Shown piece by piece: positions 29,205 through 38,828 of a DNA stretch of 64,000 bases; position 1 is the first letter of the stretch; each line of letters begins with the position of its first letter. Below the pieces are notes generated by a model, which was not told where the DNA came from, searched no databases, and saw only the letters and a list, made by a program, of their open reading frames with translations. The translations under genes and the position numbers were made by a program. The stretch is from an uncultured Candidatus Saccharibacteria bacterium (GTDB lineage: Bacteria; Patescibacteriota; Minisyncoccia; UBA6257; HR35): NCBI GenBank assembly GCA_964655375.1, contig CAZZNB010000045.1, positions 2,015-66,014 on the forward strand, read 5' to 3'.

Positions 29205-31279
29205 TTTTCTAATAACAATAAATTTTTATTCCCCATTAATGACCATAAATACTCAGTTATAAAAGGCATAAAAGGATGTAATAATTTAAGAGAATTCATA
29301 AGTACTATACGAAGAACCTCAGGATTATTTTTAGTATCTCCTTTACAAGTTTCAATATAAATATCACAAAATTGATTCCAGAAAAATTTATAAATTCTCT
29401 TAAGAGCGTTTGAAAATTGTAATTTTTCAATATTTTTGTTTACGTATTTAAGAGTAGAATTAAAAGCTCTTATAATTTTTCGATCTTCACTGCTAAAACC
29501 GTCTCTTTTTTTCATTTCAGGATATCTTATTAAATAAAATCTTGTTGCATTATAGATCTTATTTGCAAACTTCATACCATTTTCTACATTAACCTCATCA
29601 AATCTTAAATCTTGTAAATTTGTAGTTTGCCAAATTAAACCAAATCTTAAAGCATCTGCTCCATATTTCTCAATTAATTCTAAAGGATCTATACCTGTTC
29701 CTAAACTTTTTGACATCCTTTTACCTTCTTTGGTTAATACTGTAGGATGAATATAAACTAATTTAAAAGGTGTATTTTTCATAAAATATAAACCAGAAAA
29801 GATCATTCTTGTAATCCATAAATTTAAAATATCTCTTGCAGAAAATACAATATCCGCTGGATACCATTTTTTTTCTTTTTTTGTATATAAAATTGCAAAA
29901 GGCCATAAAGCTGATGAAAACCAAGTATCAAAAACTTCTTCGGTCCTATACCAATTAGATTTTTTACAAATCTCACATTTTTTATTAGGTTTTTTAGTGC
30001 TTACAACATAACTATCTTCACAATTTTTACAATACCAAACAGGTAAAACCTGCCCCCACCATATTTTTCTTGATATACACCAATCTTTTACATTTTTAAG
30101 CCAGTCAAAATAAACCTTCTTGAATTTATTAGGGAATATAAAGACCATTCTATTTTTAACAGCATTTTTAGCTAAGGAAGCTAAATAATCCATTTTTAAA
30201 AACCACTCTTTAGAAGGAATAACCTGCAATTCTGTTTGACATCTATAACAAATAGGTATATTATGTTTAATATTTTCCTCTTTCTCTAAAAGATTTTTAT
30301 CTTTTAAAATACTAACTATTTTTTCTCTTGCAGAAAGATAATCCATTCCTTCAAAACCTGGAACATTTACTATTTTTGCAGATTCATCTATAACCTTAAT
30401 CATTTCTAAATTATGTTTAATACCAATTTCATAATCTACAATACTATGAGCAGGAGTAATTTTTACTATACCGGTACCAAATTTAGGATCTACTCTGATA
30501 TCAGCAATTATTAATAGTTCTCTATTTACTATAGGTAAAATAGCCATTCTGCCAATATATTTAATGTATCTTTCATCATTTGGATTTACTGCTAAAGCAA
30601 CATCACCTAACATTGTTTCTGGTCGAGTTGTGGCTACTACTAAATATTCTTCCGAGTCTTTTAATGGATATTTAATATAATAAAGTTTGCCATCTCTTTC
30701 AATATATTCTATTTCTAAATCAGAAAGACTTGTTTTACAGCGAGGACAAAAATTAATTGCTCTATAATATCTATAAATTAATCCTTTTTTGTAATAATCT
30801 ATAAAAGCCTTTTCTACCCATTTTACATAATTTTTATCCAAAGTAAACCTAGTTCTAGACCAATCTGGTATTATTCCTAGTTTTTTAAATTGCTCTAAGA
30901 TGATTCCACCATATTTTTCTTTCCATTCCCATACTCTTTTAATAAATTTTTCTCTTCCTAAATCAAATCTAGTTAAACCTTCTTTTTTTAATTCCTTTTC
31001 TACAACATTTTGCGTAGCAATTCCAGCATGATCTAAACCTGGGATCCATATAATTCTGTAACCATTCATCTTTTTATATCTTATAAGAACATCAAGTAAA
31101 GTGTTTTGTAAAGAATGCCCCATATGAAGACTGCCGGTAATATTTGGCGGTGCCATCAATGCTATAAAATCTTTGCTTCCTTTTTGTTTTTCTATACGTA
31201 AATAAGGAAGCCACTTTTTATATATTTTTTCTTCAATTTCTTTAGGATCGTATTTTGATTGGATAGAAGGCGCTTTCAT
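29186..31279 (-). CDS. valS: Valyl-tRNA synthetase (short form lacking the C-terminal coiled coil)
   Basis: 697 aa. PPNITGSLHMGHSL (HIGH motif), GLDHAGIATQ (ValRS-specific) and KMSKSLGTG. Confidence 0.8.
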   Translation of the reverse strand: MKAPSIQSKYDPKEIEEKIYKKWLPYLRIEKQKGSKDFIALMAPPNITGSLHMGHSLQNTLLDVLIRYKKMNGYRIIWIPGLDHAGIATQNVVEKELKKEGLTRFDLGREKFIKRVWEWKEKYGGIILEQFKKLGIIPDWSRTRFTLDKNYVKWVEKAFIDYYKKGLIYRYYRAINFCPRCKTSLSDLEIEYIERDGKLYYIKYPLKDSEEYLVVATTRPETMLGDVALAVNPNDERYIKYIGRMAILPIVNRELLIIADIRVDPKFGTGIVKITPAHSIVDYEIGIKHNLEMIKVIDESAKIVNVPGFEGMDYLSAREKIVSILKDKNLLEKEENIKHNIPICYRCQTELQVIPSKEWFLKMDYLASLAKNAVKNRMVFIFPNKFKKVYFDWLKNVKDWCISRKIWWGQVLPVWYCKNCEDSYVVSTKKPNKKCEICKKSNWYRTEEVFDTWFSSALWPFAILYTKKEKKWYPADIVFSARDILNLWITRMIFSGLYFMKNTPFKLVYIHPTVLTKEGKRMSKSLGTGIDPLELIEKYGADALRFGLIWQTTNLQDLRFDEVNVENGMKFANKIYNATRFYLIRYPEMKKRDGFSSEDRKIIRAFNSTLKYVNKNIEKLQFSNALKRIYKFFWNQFCDIYIETCKGDTKNNPEVLRIVLMNSLKLLHPFMPFITEYLWSLMGNKNLLLLEKWPQQI

Positions 31280-31306
31280 ATTTTTTAATTATAGCAAAAA
31301 ATAAAT

Positions 31307-31378
31307 TGGGCGGGAGAGGGATCGAACCTCTGACCTTCTCGTTGTAAGCGAGACGCTCTACCACTGAGCTACCCGCCC
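31307..31378 (-). tRNA. tRNA-Val (anticodon UAC)
   Basis: Cloverleaf: acceptor GGGCGGG/CCCGCCC, anticodon stem TCTCG/CGAGA with loop CTTACAA, T-arm AGAGG-TTCGATC-CCTCT. Located directly upstream of valS. Confidence 0.85.
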
Positions 31379-32475
31379 ATAATTTCAGATAATATTCCTA
31401 TAACCCAACCATACACCAAAAGTATTAATAAAATTATAATTAAAAATTTAGGAATTTTGAAGTATATGTAATTTTTAAGCCTTAAATAGCATAAAAGGAG
31501 AACAAAAAGATTAAATCCTAAAAATACACTTCCTGTTAAGCTTACTAACTTCGCAATATTTTCCAATTTTAAGAAAGGAATAATAACTATTGTTAAACTT
31601 ATGATTAACCAAGATAAAATATTGTTGATATTGTAATCAAAAATTAAACCACGTTTTAAATAAAATGCTAAAGCTATAAATGTGGTTAATATATTTAAAA
31701 TAGCTAAAACGGAAACAGCTCTAACAATAAAATTATTAGCAGTTCCTTTTAAATTTTCTAAGGCCGTACTCGAAACATTCTTACCAAAGGTTCCATATAT
31801 AGATACAATGAATAATAAATATAACAATGTAACTAATAAAATTGCAACTACATTAATCCCTAACATTAATTTTTTATTTTTCCCTATGATGTCATAAACC
31901 ATTTGTAAAGAAGAATATCCTGTATACGCAAATATCAATACTCCATAACTTAGCCATGGATTTAAAAATTCTGTTTTAAAATTACCTGGATTGATTTGAG
32001 GCAAAAAATAAATACCTAAAATTAGAAAAAGCAAAATCATAAAAAATGCTAATATTCCCTCAATTTTAGAAAAAGGATTTACAGAAAGTAAAATTATAAT
32101 AATTACTAAAAATGCATAAAATAAGCTAATTAATAGCTCATTGTTAAAATGGAAAATTAAATTTGTAAATTTAGTTAAAGCCAAATAGTAACTTGAAAAA
32201 ACAAATAAAATTCCCAAAAAATCAATTAACCAAACTAAATTTTTCCAATTTTTTCCTAAAATTTTCTCACTAAGCCCTGGTAAATTATGTTTTTCTTCAA
32301 TTTGAAAAATTATTTCACTATAAGCTAAATGAACATAGAAAATTAAAAGAGGTACTATTAAAAACCAAATCCAAAAATAAACCCCAGATTGGGCTAAAGT
32401 ATAAGGTAAAATAAAAACTCCTAATCCAATAATTGTGCTTGTTATTAAAAAAACACTACTTAAAAATTTAATCAT
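31369..32475 (-). CDS. Polytopic permease (amino-acid transporter-like)
   Basis: 368 aa with about 11 TM helices. Weak resemblance to aromatic amino-acid permeases. Its 3' end overlaps tRNA-Val by about 10 nt. Confidence 0.35.
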   Translation of the reverse strand: MIKFLSSVFLITSTIIGLGVFILPYTLAQSGVYFWIWFLIVPLLIFYVHLAYSEIIFQIEEKHNLPGLSEKILGKNWKNLVWLIDFLGILFVFSSYYLALTKFTNLIFHFNNELLISLFYAFLVIIIILLSVNPFSKIEGILAFFMILLFLILGIYFLPQINPGNFKTEFLNPWLSYGVLIFAYTGYSSLQMVYDIIGKNKKLMLGINVVAILLVTLLYLLFIVSIYGTFGKNVSSTALENLKGTANNFIVRAVSVLAILNILTTFIALAFYLKRGLIFDYNINNILSWLIISLTIVIIPFLKLENIAKLVSLTGSVFLGFNLFVLLLCYLRLKNYIYFKIPKFLIIILLILLVYGWVIGILSEIMGG

Positions 32476-32887
32476 ATCTTCTAATTTTCTTTTCTAAAAA
32501 AGGTAATATAGATAAAATTAATATTACTAAAATGGTAGCAGCAAAAGCTTCTAAGTAAAATCCTTGGCCTACACTAGCACCAATAGCTGCAGTTACCCAT
32601 AAAGCTGCTGCTGTCGTAGCACCTACCACTTTTTCTTCATAATAAAAAATAATACCAGCTCCTAAAAACCCTATTCCTAAAACAATATTGGCTAAAATTC
32701 TTGCTGTTGAATCCATTGCAAATTTTGCAGCTATTAAAGAAAAAAGTGTTGCTCCTAATCCAACTAAAGCAAAAGTTCTTAACCCTGCTTGTTTTTTAAA
32801 AAAACTTCTTTCAACTCCTATTAAAGCGCCTAAAGTACCTCCTAAAAATAATTTATAAATTATTTCCAAATAATCCATTTTATTCAA
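32468..32887 (-). CDS. MgtC/SapB family membrane protein
   Basis: 139 aa. LGGTLGALIGVERSFFKKQAGLRTFALVGLGATLFS matches the MgtC core. Confidence 0.7.
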   Translation of the reverse strand: MNKMDYLEIIYKLFLGGTLGALIGVERSFFKKQAGLRTFALVGLGATLFSLIAAKFAMDSTARILANIVLGIGFLGAGIIFYYEEKVVGATTAAALWVTAAIGASVGQGFYLEAFAATILVILILSILPFLEKKIRRYD

Positions 32888-33413
32888 TAAATTTTAATAA
32901 TTTATCAATTAAAATTTTAGGATCTGATTCCCACACAATTTTATTATGCTCTTTACGTGCTTCTTCAATAATTTCTTTCATATATTTTTCTTCTCCTCCA
33001 GATTTGACTAAAATGCCCATAGGCTTTTTTTCTTCATAAGCAATTACAAACTCATTTAAGGTTCCTGTTCGACCACAAATAAAAATAACTGCATCTCCGG
33101 ATCTTACTAAAATTAAATTCCTTCCAGAATGTCCAAGACCTGTATAAAAAATAATATGATGATAATCAACAGGTAATTCATAAATTTTTATATGCTCCTC
33201 TTTGTTAATTGCAGGCGAAAAACCAATTACATAACCGTTATTTTCGTATGCGCCTTTAGCGGCCCAAAAAGGTGCGCCAGTAGTTGCTCCTGTTACAGTA
33301 ATTATGTTTCTTAAAGCTAATTCCTTTCCTATTTCATAAGCTAACTCATTAACATTAGAAGCACAAAAAGTTGTATCTGAAGCTCCTGAAATTGCAAATT
33401 TTATTTTTTGCAT
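32880..33413 (-). CDS. TIGR00725/LOG-like Rossmann-fold nucleotide-binding protein
   Basis: 177 aa with CGRTGTLNEF (the PGGxGTxxE motif). Confidence 0.6.
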   Translation of the reverse strand: MQKIKFAISGASDTTFCASNVNELAYEIGKELALRNIITVTGATTGAPFWAAKGAYENNGYVIGFSPAINKEEHIKIYELPVDYHHIIFYTGLGHSGRNLILVRSGDAVIFICGRTGTLNEFVIAYEEKKPMGILVKSGGEEKYMKEIIEEARKEHNKIVWESDPKILIDKLLKFIE

Positions 33414-33430
33414 TTTTTAATTTTTTATTA

Positions 33431-33616
33431 TTAATAATTTAAATAACTTTCAATTATATCTAAATCAACTTTCTTTAATTTCCTCTTTTTTCTTATTAAA
33501 TCCTTATGTTTTTTACTCAAAAAATGGTTAATTCCGCTAATTCTTCTTAAAATTTTTTTATTTTTTGTTATTTTAAATCTTTTTAAAACAGATTTTCTTA
33601 ATTTTCCTGGTGTCAT
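33431..33616 (-). CDS. rpmI: 50S ribosomal protein L35
   Basis: 61-aa basic protein. LKRFKITKNKKILRR...HFLSKK resembles L35. Lies immediately downstream of infC. Confidence 0.7.
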   Translation of the reverse strand: MTPGKLRKSVLKRFKITKNKKILRRISGINHFLSKKHKDLIRKKRKLKKVDLDIIESYLNY

Positions 33617-34089
33617 TTTTTAGAAATATTAACTAATAAATTATGTCCTTGCTTTTTAATCTCGCTCGTTAATTTAATAGGTGATTCTATCATTTCTAAA
33701 AATCTTTTAATTTTTTCTTCTGCTAAATCTATGTGAAGAAGTTGTCTTCCTTTTAAGATCATTCTAATTCTTACCTGGTGTCCTTCTTTTAAAAACTCAT
33801 CTATTTGTTTAGCTTTTCTTTTTAAATCACCCTCAGCTTCTTGAAAACTTATTCTAATTTCTTTTAGTGCTGCTCCTCCTTCTTTTTTTTGTTTTCTTTT
33901 TAATTGATAAAGATATTTTTGATAATTCCCTATCTTAACCACAGGTGGATCAGCTTTTTCTGAAATTAAAATTAAACCAGTATTGTTTTTTTCAGCAATT
34001 TCTATTGCCTCTTTTAAGGTTAAAATACCTATTTGTTTACCTTCTTCACTTATTAACCTAATTTTTTTATTGCTTTTTAATGAATTAAT
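33613..34089 (-). CDS. infC: Translation initiation factor IF-3 with non-AUG start
   Basis: The track ORF (33613-33942) matches the IF3 C-terminal domain. Manual in-frame extension upstream gives RINSLKSNKKIRLISEEGKQIGILTLKEAIEIAEKNNTGLILISEKADPPVVKIG, the IF3 N-terminal domain. No in-frame ATG lies between the upstream stops (34111-34116) and this region. The start is probably AUU at 34087-34089, or CUG at 34102-34104. Confidence 0.75.
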   Translation of the reverse strand: MNSLKSNKKIRLISEEGKQIGILTLKEAIEIAEKNNTGLILISEKADPPVVKIGNYQKYLYQLKRKQKKEGGAALKEIRISFQEAEGDLKRKAKQIDEFLKEGHQVRIRMILKGRQLLHIDLAEEKIKRFLEMIESPIKLTSEIKKQGHNLLVNISKK

Positions 34090-34130
34090 TCTTGGATCAA
34101 ACAGTTTTCTAAATTATCAACTAATGGCGA

Positions 34131-34607
34131 CTATAATAAATGATCAGCAATTTTACTTGCAGCATAAGCTTCAGGTTTAATTTTGACTTCAAATCCATAG
34201 CCTTTTACTAAATTAATAATTTCTTTAACAACACTTTTACTTTTCCCATTAGTACTTAAATCTAAATGTAATTCAAAATCGAATTCCAATTTTTCTTTAA
34301 TTAATTCTTCCAATATTTCTCTGCTGACTTCTAAACTTACATTTGCCTCTTCCCACAATCTTGTAAATAGATCTATTTTTTTATTAATACAAATTTTTTT
34401 CCAAAAATATCTAGCTCCATATCCAACTCTATGAACTACAATTACAGAAATAAATTCAATTCCATTTTCTTGAACTTCTGAATCTGTTCCTACTAAAATT
34501 CTATATCTGTATCTTTCATCAGCCAAAATAAAATCTTTGATTTCTTTAATTAATAAATCCTTCGTTAATTTTTTGCCATATGCAGTTTTAAAATCTTTTA
34601 ATGTCAT
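34131..34607 (-). CDS. Hypothetical protein
   Basis: 158 aa, no motif recognized. Confidence 0.3.
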   Translation of the reverse strand: MTLKDFKTAYGKKLTKDLLIKEIKDFILADERYRYRILVGTDSEVQENGIEFISVIVVHRVGYGARYFWKKICINKKIDLFTRLWEEANVSLEVSREILEELIKEKLEFDFELHLDLSTNGKSKSVVKEIINLVKGYGFEVKIKPEAYAASKIADHLL

Positions 34608-35574
34608 TATTTAATTTTAAAAAAAGTCCTTCATAAATTTCATAGAAAATAACTAATAAAGGCAAAACAGAAAAAATCCCCAAAATACCGCCAATTTTCC
34701 CACCAATTAATATACCTGCTAAGGTTACAAAGGGTTTTATTTTTAAAGCTGTTTTAGCCACTAATGGGACCAATAAATTGTTCTCTAATTGTTGAATCAA
34801 TACAAAACCTATTATAACAAATATTAATTTAGTAGGATCATGAGATAATGTTAAAATAATTGCAACCATTGCACCTAAGATAGGCCCTATAATTGGAATA
34901 ATTTCTGTAAAGCCTGCAATTAAACCCACAGTTCCAGCATAAGGAAGTTTAAGAAAGAACATTAGTAAAAATGAAGCTATGCCTACAGAGGCCATCAAAA
35001 ATAATTGACTAGCTAGCCATGCAGCCAGCCCCCTTTTTATTTTTTCGAAAAGAGACAAATATTTATTTGCTTCTTTACCAAAAAATCTTCCTAAGAATTC
35101 AGGCATTAAATTAATTTGAGTTGAGATATAAAAAGACATAACTAAAATTAGAATTAAATTAAACAATCCACCAATCATATTAAATAGGTATTTTGAAGTA
35201 TTTATAAAAAATTCACGAGCTGGTGTTTTTAAAAAATTAGTTAGATAATTAGAAACTCCTTTTAAACCTAAATTTTCTATATAATCTTGGATATTGGGTA
35301 AAATATTTTTAATTTCTAAAACAATCGCTGGAGCTAAAGCACGGAGAATTATAATAAAAAATAAAGTAAAAATTAAATAAATTAAAGCGACATTTAAATA
35401 AAATGGTATTTTAAATTTCAATTTAATATAAATAGCCCATTGTTGAACTGCTAGGCCCAAAAAAATAGAAATTAAAATCACAAAAATAACTTCTTTTAAA
35501 TACCAACATAAGACTGCTAAGATTGGGATACTCCAAAAAATCAACCCTTTTTTAAGCTCTTCTTTCAAAGCCAT
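34588..35574 (-). CDS. AI-2E family (UPF0118, PerM-like) transporter
   Basis: 328 aa polytopic protein. GLIAGFTEIIPIIGPILGAMVAIILTL matches the AI-2E signature. Confidence 0.65.
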   Translation of the reverse strand: MALKEELKKGLIFWSIPILAVLCWYLKEVIFVILISIFLGLAVQQWAIYIKLKFKIPFYLNVALIYLIFTLFFIIILRALAPAIVLEIKNILPNIQDYIENLGLKGVSNYLTNFLKTPAREFFINTSKYLFNMIGGLFNLILILVMSFYISTQINLMPEFLGRFFGKEANKYLSLFEKIKRGLAAWLASQLFLMASVGIASFLLMFFLKLPYAGTVGLIAGFTEIIPIIGPILGAMVAIILTLSHDPTKLIFVIIGFVLIQQLENNLLVPLVAKTALKIKPFVTLAGILIGGKIGGILGIFSVLPLLVIFYEIYEGLFLKLNNDIKRF

Positions 35575-35581
35575 TAACTAA

Positions 35582-36877
35582 TTATAAAAGTTTTTCAAAA
35601 ATTTTAGCTAATTTTATATCTTTATATTCCTCAGGAACTAATACTCCAAATTTTAAATTTTCATAAGTTATTAATTTATTTAATTCTTGTTTAAGGTCTT
35701 TTTCTTTTATACTTTTTATTTTCTGAATATAGTCATGAGGAGAGAAGAATTTGTTAAAAAGGAGATAGTCTATCCCATAAAAATAAGCTAAATTTAAAGA
35801 AGATTCAGCAGTAGAAAGAAGCGCACTTTCTAAAATTGCCTTTGATTTTTCTATTTCTTCATCTTTTAACTTTTCTTGCTTAATTTTTTGAAATTCCTCA
35901 AGAATTCTTTTTATAGTACTTTCAATTTTCTCTAAATTACATCCTGTCTGAATAAAGAAATAACCTCTATCTGTGTAAAAATCTGTATCTACTTTTATGT
36001 AATAAGTTATTCCAAGTTCTTCTCTTAAAATTCTAAAAATCCTAGAGCTTAATCCATAACCTAGTAAACTAGTCAAGACACCTAAAGCGAATCTTCGGTC
36101 TTTTAAATTTTTGAGTCCCTCGGTTTTGAATAAGAGCAAAATATGAGCTTGTTTTAAATCTTTTCTTGTGTAAATTTTTCCTTTTAATTTAGGAATTTTT
36201 TTCTTATCAAACAAAGCTTTTTGCGGCGCTTTGTATCGAGAGTAGTTTTCAAAAAATTTATCTAATATCTTTAAAATTTTATTTTTTTTAAAATTTCCAA
36301 CTAAAACTAAATAAGTATTGTTAGTAGTGTAATGTTTTTTGAAATAATCTAAAATATCACCTCTTTTAATAGAGCGTAAATTCTTAGATGTTCCTAAAAT
36401 TGACCAACCAGCAGGTTGATTTCCAAATGTTATTTTAAGTACATTATCAAAAATATAATAAGTTGGTGTGTCTATATGATAATTTATTTCTTCCAAAATT
36501 ACATTTCTTTCTTTTTCAATTTCTTCTTCAGGGAAAAGGGGATTACATAAAATATCTGAAATTAAGTATACAGCCCTTTCAAAATATTCAGGCAAGGTTT
36601 TTAGGTAATATCCAGTATATTCATAAGAAGTAAAAGCATTATAACTAGCGCCTATTTTGTCTAACTCTAATCCAAGCTCTTTATAAGAAGGGAAATTTTT
36701 TGTTCCTTTAAAAAATAAATGCTCAACAAAATGAGAAATTCCATTTAATTTTTTACTTTCGTAATCTGTTCCAGTTTTTACTAAAGCTAAAATAGAAGCA
36801 GTAATAAACTCTTCAGAAGGATATAATATAACTTTTAAATTGTTCTTTAACCTCAAAAAACTAGGCAATTTCCACAT
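35582..36877 (-). CDS. M16-family zinc peptidase (pitrilysin-like)
   Basis: 431 aa. NGISHFVEHLFFKGT contains the inverted zinc-binding HxxEH motif. Confidence 0.8.
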   Translation of the reverse strand: MWKLPSFLRLKNNLKVILYPSEEFITASILALVKTGTDYESKKLNGISHFVEHLFFKGTKNFPSYKELGLELDKIGASYNAFTSYEYTGYYLKTLPEYFERAVYLISDILCNPLFPEEEIEKERNVILEEINYHIDTPTYYIFDNVLKITFGNQPAGWSILGTSKNLRSIKRGDILDYFKKHYTTNNTYLVLVGNFKKNKILKILDKFFENYSRYKAPQKALFDKKKIPKLKGKIYTRKDLKQAHILLLFKTEGLKNLKDRRFALGVLTSLLGYGLSSRIFRILREELGITYYIKVDTDFYTDRGYFFIQTGCNLEKIESTIKRILEEFQKIKQEKLKDEEIEKSKAILESALLSTAESSLNLAYFYGIDYLLFNKFFSPHDYIQKIKSIKEKDLKQELNKLITYENLKFGVLVPEEYKDIKLAKIFEKLL

Positions 36878-37154
36878 TTTCTTTCTTTTTATTTGAAATG
36901 GAAATATGTCTTTTTTTGCCTTTGATTATTCCTTTTTTAATCAATAAATTCCAAACAGAATCAGAAATTTGTGCCCCATTTTTAATATAAAACTCAATAC
37001 CTTCTTTATCAAATTCGCCTATTTTTTTCCGAGGATCCCACCAGCCTAATTTTGCAATATATTTTCCTTGTAATTTAGATCTTTTTTCTTGTAAAACAAT
37101 TCTAAAAATTTTTTGATGTTTCTTGCCTATAGGCTGAAATCTGATGACTAACAT
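36861..37154 (-). CDS. rpsP: 30S ribosomal protein S16
   Basis: MLVIRFQPIGKKHQKIFRIVLQEKRSKLQGKYIAKLGWWDP...GAQISDSV matches S16. Confidence 0.75.
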   Translation of the reverse strand: MLVIRFQPIGKKHQKIFRIVLQEKRSKLQGKYIAKLGWWDPRKKIGEFDKEGIEFYIKNGAQISDSVWNLLIKKGIIKGKKRHISISNKKKENVEIA

Positions 37155-37158
37155 TTTT

Positions 37159-37521
37159 TTAAACGAATTCTATAATGCTTAATTCTGCATTATCCCCCTT
37201 TCTTTTAATAGGTAATTTAATAACTCTTGTATAACCACCATTTCTGTCTTTGTATCTTGGAGCTATTTCGTAAAATAATTTATAAGCAGATTTTTTAGGT
37301 AGTTTACTTAACAGCCTTCTCAAAGCTGATAAATTTTGTTTTTTAGCTGTAGTGATTAATTTTTCTATGATTCTTCTTAAGTATTTTGCTTTTTCTGTGG
37401 TTGTTTTAATATGTTCTTTTATTATCAAATTATGAGCTAAGCTTTTAAACAAAGCCTTTCTTTGGTCTTTTTTTCTATGAAATTTTTTAACTTTCACTAA
37501 ATGCCTCATGGATAACTTCAA
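37159..37521 (-). CDS. rplQ: 50S ribosomal protein L17
   Basis: MRHLVKVKK...NGGYTRVIKLPIKRKGDNAELSIIEFV matches L17. The start is probably the internal MRH at about 37509. Confidence 0.85.
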   Translation of the reverse strand: MKLSMRHLVKVKKFHRKKDQRKALFKSLAHNLIIKEHIKTTTEKAKYLRRIIEKLITTAKKQNLSALRRLLSKLPKKSAYKLFYEIAPRYKDRNGGYTRVIKLPIKRKGDNAELSIIEFV

Positions 37522-38185
37522 AATGCTTAATTAATATTTCAGTTGCCTCTTTTAATGCCTTTTCTGGCGTAATAGTCCCATCTGTTTCGATAGTAATTCT
37601 TAGTAAATTATAATCTGCTTTTTCTTTATAAACAACATTTTCAACTTCATAAGTAACATTAACTATAGGAGAAAATATCGCATCTATAACAATTGTTCCT
37701 GGTTCCACTCTGTCCTTTTCTCTTTCTTCAGCAGAAGAAAAGCCATACCCTCTTTCAACTGTAAGAGTCATTTTAACCTCTGTATCATTAGATGTTATTG
37801 TAGCAATTTTCAAATCAGGATTTACAATCTCTACACCCGCAGGACATTTTATATCTTTAGCAAAAATTATCCCTTCTCCTTTTTTGTATAGTTCTAATTC
37901 AATAGGCTCCTCTCCTTCATATTTAACCCTTACTTTTTTTAATGCTAACAAAATATCAATAACATCTTCTAAAACACCAGGTATTGTTGAAAATTCATGT
38001 AGAACATTTTCTATATGAACTAAAGTAATAGCAGAGCCTTTAATTGAAGAGAGTAAAACTCTTCTTAAAGCATTACCTATAGTAATCCCATAACCAGGAT
38101 ATAAAGGGGATATTTCAAAAGTAGCTTTATTTTTTTCTGAAAAGACAAGCTTGGGTTTTTCTGGTAAAACTAGTTCTCTTATCAT
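37487..38185 (-). CDS. rpoA: DNA-directed RNA polymerase alpha subunit, N-terminal domain only (no alpha-CTD)
   Basis: 232 aa. GYGITIGNALRRVLLSSIKGSAIT...HEFSTIPGVLEDVIDILLALKK matches the alpha-NTD. The ORF ends overlapping rplQ, leaving no room for the ~90-aa C-terminal domain. Confidence 0.8.
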   Translation of the reverse strand: MIRELVLPEKPKLVFSEKNKATFEISPLYPGYGITIGNALRRVLLSSIKGSAITLVHIENVLHEFSTIPGVLEDVIDILLALKKVRVKYEGEEPIELELYKKGEGIIFAKDIKCPAGVEIVNPDLKIATITSNDTEVKMTLTVERGYGFSSAEEREKDRVEPGTIVIDAIFSPIVNVTYEVENVVYKEKADYNLLRITIETDGTITPEKALKEATEILIKHFEVIHEAFSES

Positions 38186-38210
38186 AATATAATGAAAAAT
38201 TTTAATTCGA

Positions 38211-38828
38211 CTATTTAGAATAAAATTGAAGAGCTAATGGTACATTAAAAGGCAAACTTAATTCCTCAGGTTCTGGATATCTTAAGAATTCTCCTTTTAA
38301 AGTGTTTACATCGATTTTCAACCAAGGAGGTGGAGTATATATTTTTAATTTTTTTTGTAAATTTTTAAATGGCTCTTTATTTTTACTTTGTGGTCTTATT
38401 TCTATGATATCTCCTGGCTCTAAGAATATAAAAGAAGTTCTCGCCCTTTTACCATTTACTAAAAAATGCCCATGACTTACGAGTTGTTTTGCATGCAACT
38501 TAGAATCGGTATAACCCAATCTCCAGATGACGTTATCTAATTTACTTTCTAATAATTTAATTAAAGCAATAGGAGTAGACTCCTTCATCTCTTCTGCTTT
38601 TTCTACTAAATTTTTTAGCTGCTTTTCTTTTAATAAATAATAAAATCGCAACTTTTGTTTTTCAACTAAGCTTCTTCCATAATCAGATAAGACCCTAGGC
38701 TTTGCTCCGTGTACTCCTGGTCTTGTTCTTCTCCTTAAAAGAGCACATTTATTAGAAGCACACCTATTGTTCCACAATATCTTTTGGCCTAAGCTTCTAC
38801 AAATTTTACATTTTTTCTCTATAAGCAT
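38211..38828 (-). CDS. rpsD: 30S ribosomal protein S4
   Basis: 205 aa. N-terminal Cys cluster KCKICRSLG...CASNKC, an S4 domain, and alpha-operon context. Confidence 0.85.
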   Translation of the reverse strand: MLIEKKCKICRSLGQKILWNNRCASNKCALLRRRTRPGVHGAKPRVLSDYGRSLVEKQKLRFYYLLKEKQLKNLVEKAEEMKESTPIALIKLLESKLDNVIWRLGYTDSKLHAKQLVSHGHFLVNGKRARTSFIFLEPGDIIEIRPQSKNKEPFKNLQKKLKIYTPPPWLKIDVNTLKGEFLRYPEPEELSLPFNVPLALQFYSK

